From an uncultured Candidatus Rokubacteria bacterium (GTDB taxonomy: Bacteria; Methylomirabilota; Methylomirabilia; Rokubacteriales; CSP1-6), in NCBI GenBank assembly GCA_963747235.1, contig CAVVEU010000024.1:640001-704000 (forward strand): a stretch of DNA of 64,000 bases, read 5' to 3'. The notes below the pieces were generated by a model. It did not search any database. It was not told the DNA's origin and saw only the letters and a list, made by a program, of their open reading frames with translations. Shown here piece after piece: positions 62,767-64,000 of this stretch (positions are counted from its first letter, which is position 1; each line of letters begins with the position of its first letter). The translations under genes and the position numbers were made by a program.

Positions 62767-63708
62767 TCAGCTCCCCGGCCGCCCGCCGCCGCCGCGGAGC
62801 CGCGGATCGAGCACGTCGCGCAGCGCGTCGCCCAGCATGTTGAACCCGAAGACGGCGAGGGAGATGGCCGCGCCCGGCCAGATGGCCATCCACGGCGCCC
62901 GGTACATGAACGAGCGGCCGGAGCCCGAGAGCATGGCGCCCCAGGACGGGTAGGGGGGCGGCACGCCGAAGCCCAGGAACGAGAGCGCCGACTCGGCGAG
63001 GATGGCGGCCCCGAGCCCGATGGTGGCCAGGATGATGACGGTGGCGGCCACATTCGGCAGGATATACCGGAGCATGATGCGCAGGTGCCCCGCGCCGAGC
63101 GCCCGCGCCGCCTCCACGTAGGTGTTCTGCATCACGCTGATGGTGGTCCCGCGGATCACCCGGGAGGCGGCCGCCGCGCCCAGCACCCCCAGCGCCAGGA
63201 CCAGGTTGAGCAAACCCGGCCCGAGGACGGCCATCAGCGAGAGGATCACCACCAGGAACGGGAAGGACTGCCAGGCGTCGACCACCCGCTGCACACAGAT
63301 GTCGTAGGCGCCGCCGAAGTAGCCGCTGGTGATGCCGATGACGGTGGCGAGGACGTTGGCGAGGAGGACGGCCCCGAAGCCGACCGTCACCGACACCGCG
63401 GCGCCGTACACCACGCGGCTGTAGACGTCGCGGCCCAGGTTGTCGGTGCCGAACCAGAACTGCGCGCCCGGGGCTTTCATGCGCGCGCCCGGGATGGTCT
63501 CGTCGTACTGGTAGGGCGCGATCCACGGCGCGAAGACCGCCATGATCAGCAACCCCACCACGATGAAGCCGCCGATCGCGCCCAGGGGTTTGCGTCGGCA
63601 GAACTGCCAGAGAGCTTGCAGGACGGCCGCGGGCGGTTGGGCGACCGCGCTCTTATTGTTTGTTAGCCGGTCGCCCCAAGGGGCGACCTCTATAGGGTTG
63701 CTTCGCAT
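62767..63708 (-). CDS. Peptide/nickel ABC permease, DppC/OppC-like
   Basis: FGTDNLGRDVYSR, YVEAARALGA, AESALSFLGFG, GDALRDVLDPR. Confidence 0.93.
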   Translation of the reverse strand: MRSNPIEVAPWGDRLTNNKSAVAQPPAAVLQALWQFCRRKPLGAIGGFIVVGLLIMAVFAPWIAPYQYDETIPGARMKAPGAQFWFGTDNLGRDVYSRVVYGAAVSVTVGFGAVLLANVLATVIGITSGYFGGAYDICVQRVVDAWQSFPFLVVILSLMAVLGPGLLNLVLALGVLGAAAASRVIRGTTISVMQNTYVEAARALGAGHLRIMLRYILPNVAATVIILATIGLGAAILAESALSFLGFGVPPPYPSWGAMLSGSGRSFMYRAPWMAIWPGAAISLAVFGFNMLGDALRDVLDPRLRGGGGRPGS

Positions 63709-63734
63709 GTTCTGGTGCGGGTTGCTTGCATTGT

Positions 63735-64000
63735 CTAGTACCGAATTCTCGGGTCGAGGAAGGCGTAGAACGCGTCGACGATCAGGTTGATCAGGACCAC
63801 CACGCTCACGATGAGCAGGTTCACGCCCTGGATGACCGGATAGTCGCGCTGGTTGATCGCGTCGAAGAGGAAGCGGCCCATGCCGGGCAGCCCGAAGATG
63901 CTCTCGAAGATCACGGTGCCGCCCAGGATCTGGGCGACCTGGATGCCGAGGATGGTGATGACCGGGATCAGGGCGTTCTTGAGGCTGTGCTTGATGACCA
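63735..64000 (-). CDS. Peptide/nickel ABC permease, DppB/OppB-like (3' part only)
   Basis: KHSLKNALIPVIT...GGTVIFESIFGLPGMG...RDYPVIQG...YAFLDPRIRY*. Confidence 0.92.
   Translation of the reverse strand, partial: VIKHSLKNALIPVITILGIQVAQILGGTVIFESIFGLPGMGRFLFDAINQRDYPVIQGVNLLIVSVVVLINLIVDAFYAFLDPRIRY

Overview
A very GC-rich bacterial chromosome segment. kdsB, lapA, a TonB-dependent receptor and a large ABC-transporter expansion suggest a diderm such as Ca. Rokubacteria/Methylomirabilota (inference only). There is no integrase, transposase, phage gene or CRISPR array. From left to right: a response regulator and tRNA-Met(CAT); an operon of enoyl-CoA hydratase, GT4, two PTPS genes, folE and a sepiapterin-reductase-like SDR (candidate tetrahydrobiopterin-glycoside pathway); iscA/erpA, moaD-moaE, tilS, degP; a sigma54 activator and two sigma54 promoters, one driving a GH-GT2/ABC/GT cluster; an mgtE, DHH-phosphoesterase and Kef-type antiporter group; rhomboid, M23 peptidase, apgM, VOC and FAH genes; a hybrid histidine kinase flanked by a CusF-like gene (missed by the ORF track) and a cytochrome c; a SixA-methyltransferase fusion; tartrate dehydrogenase. 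About 25 kb then holds five related Tat-type sugar-family binding proteins, five permease pairs, one ATPase and an embedded TonB receptor. Many genes carry apparent 1-nt frameshifts, probably sequencing or assembly indels, so fusions and pseudogene calls need read-level checks. All product calls come from motif recognition by eye; no searches were run.
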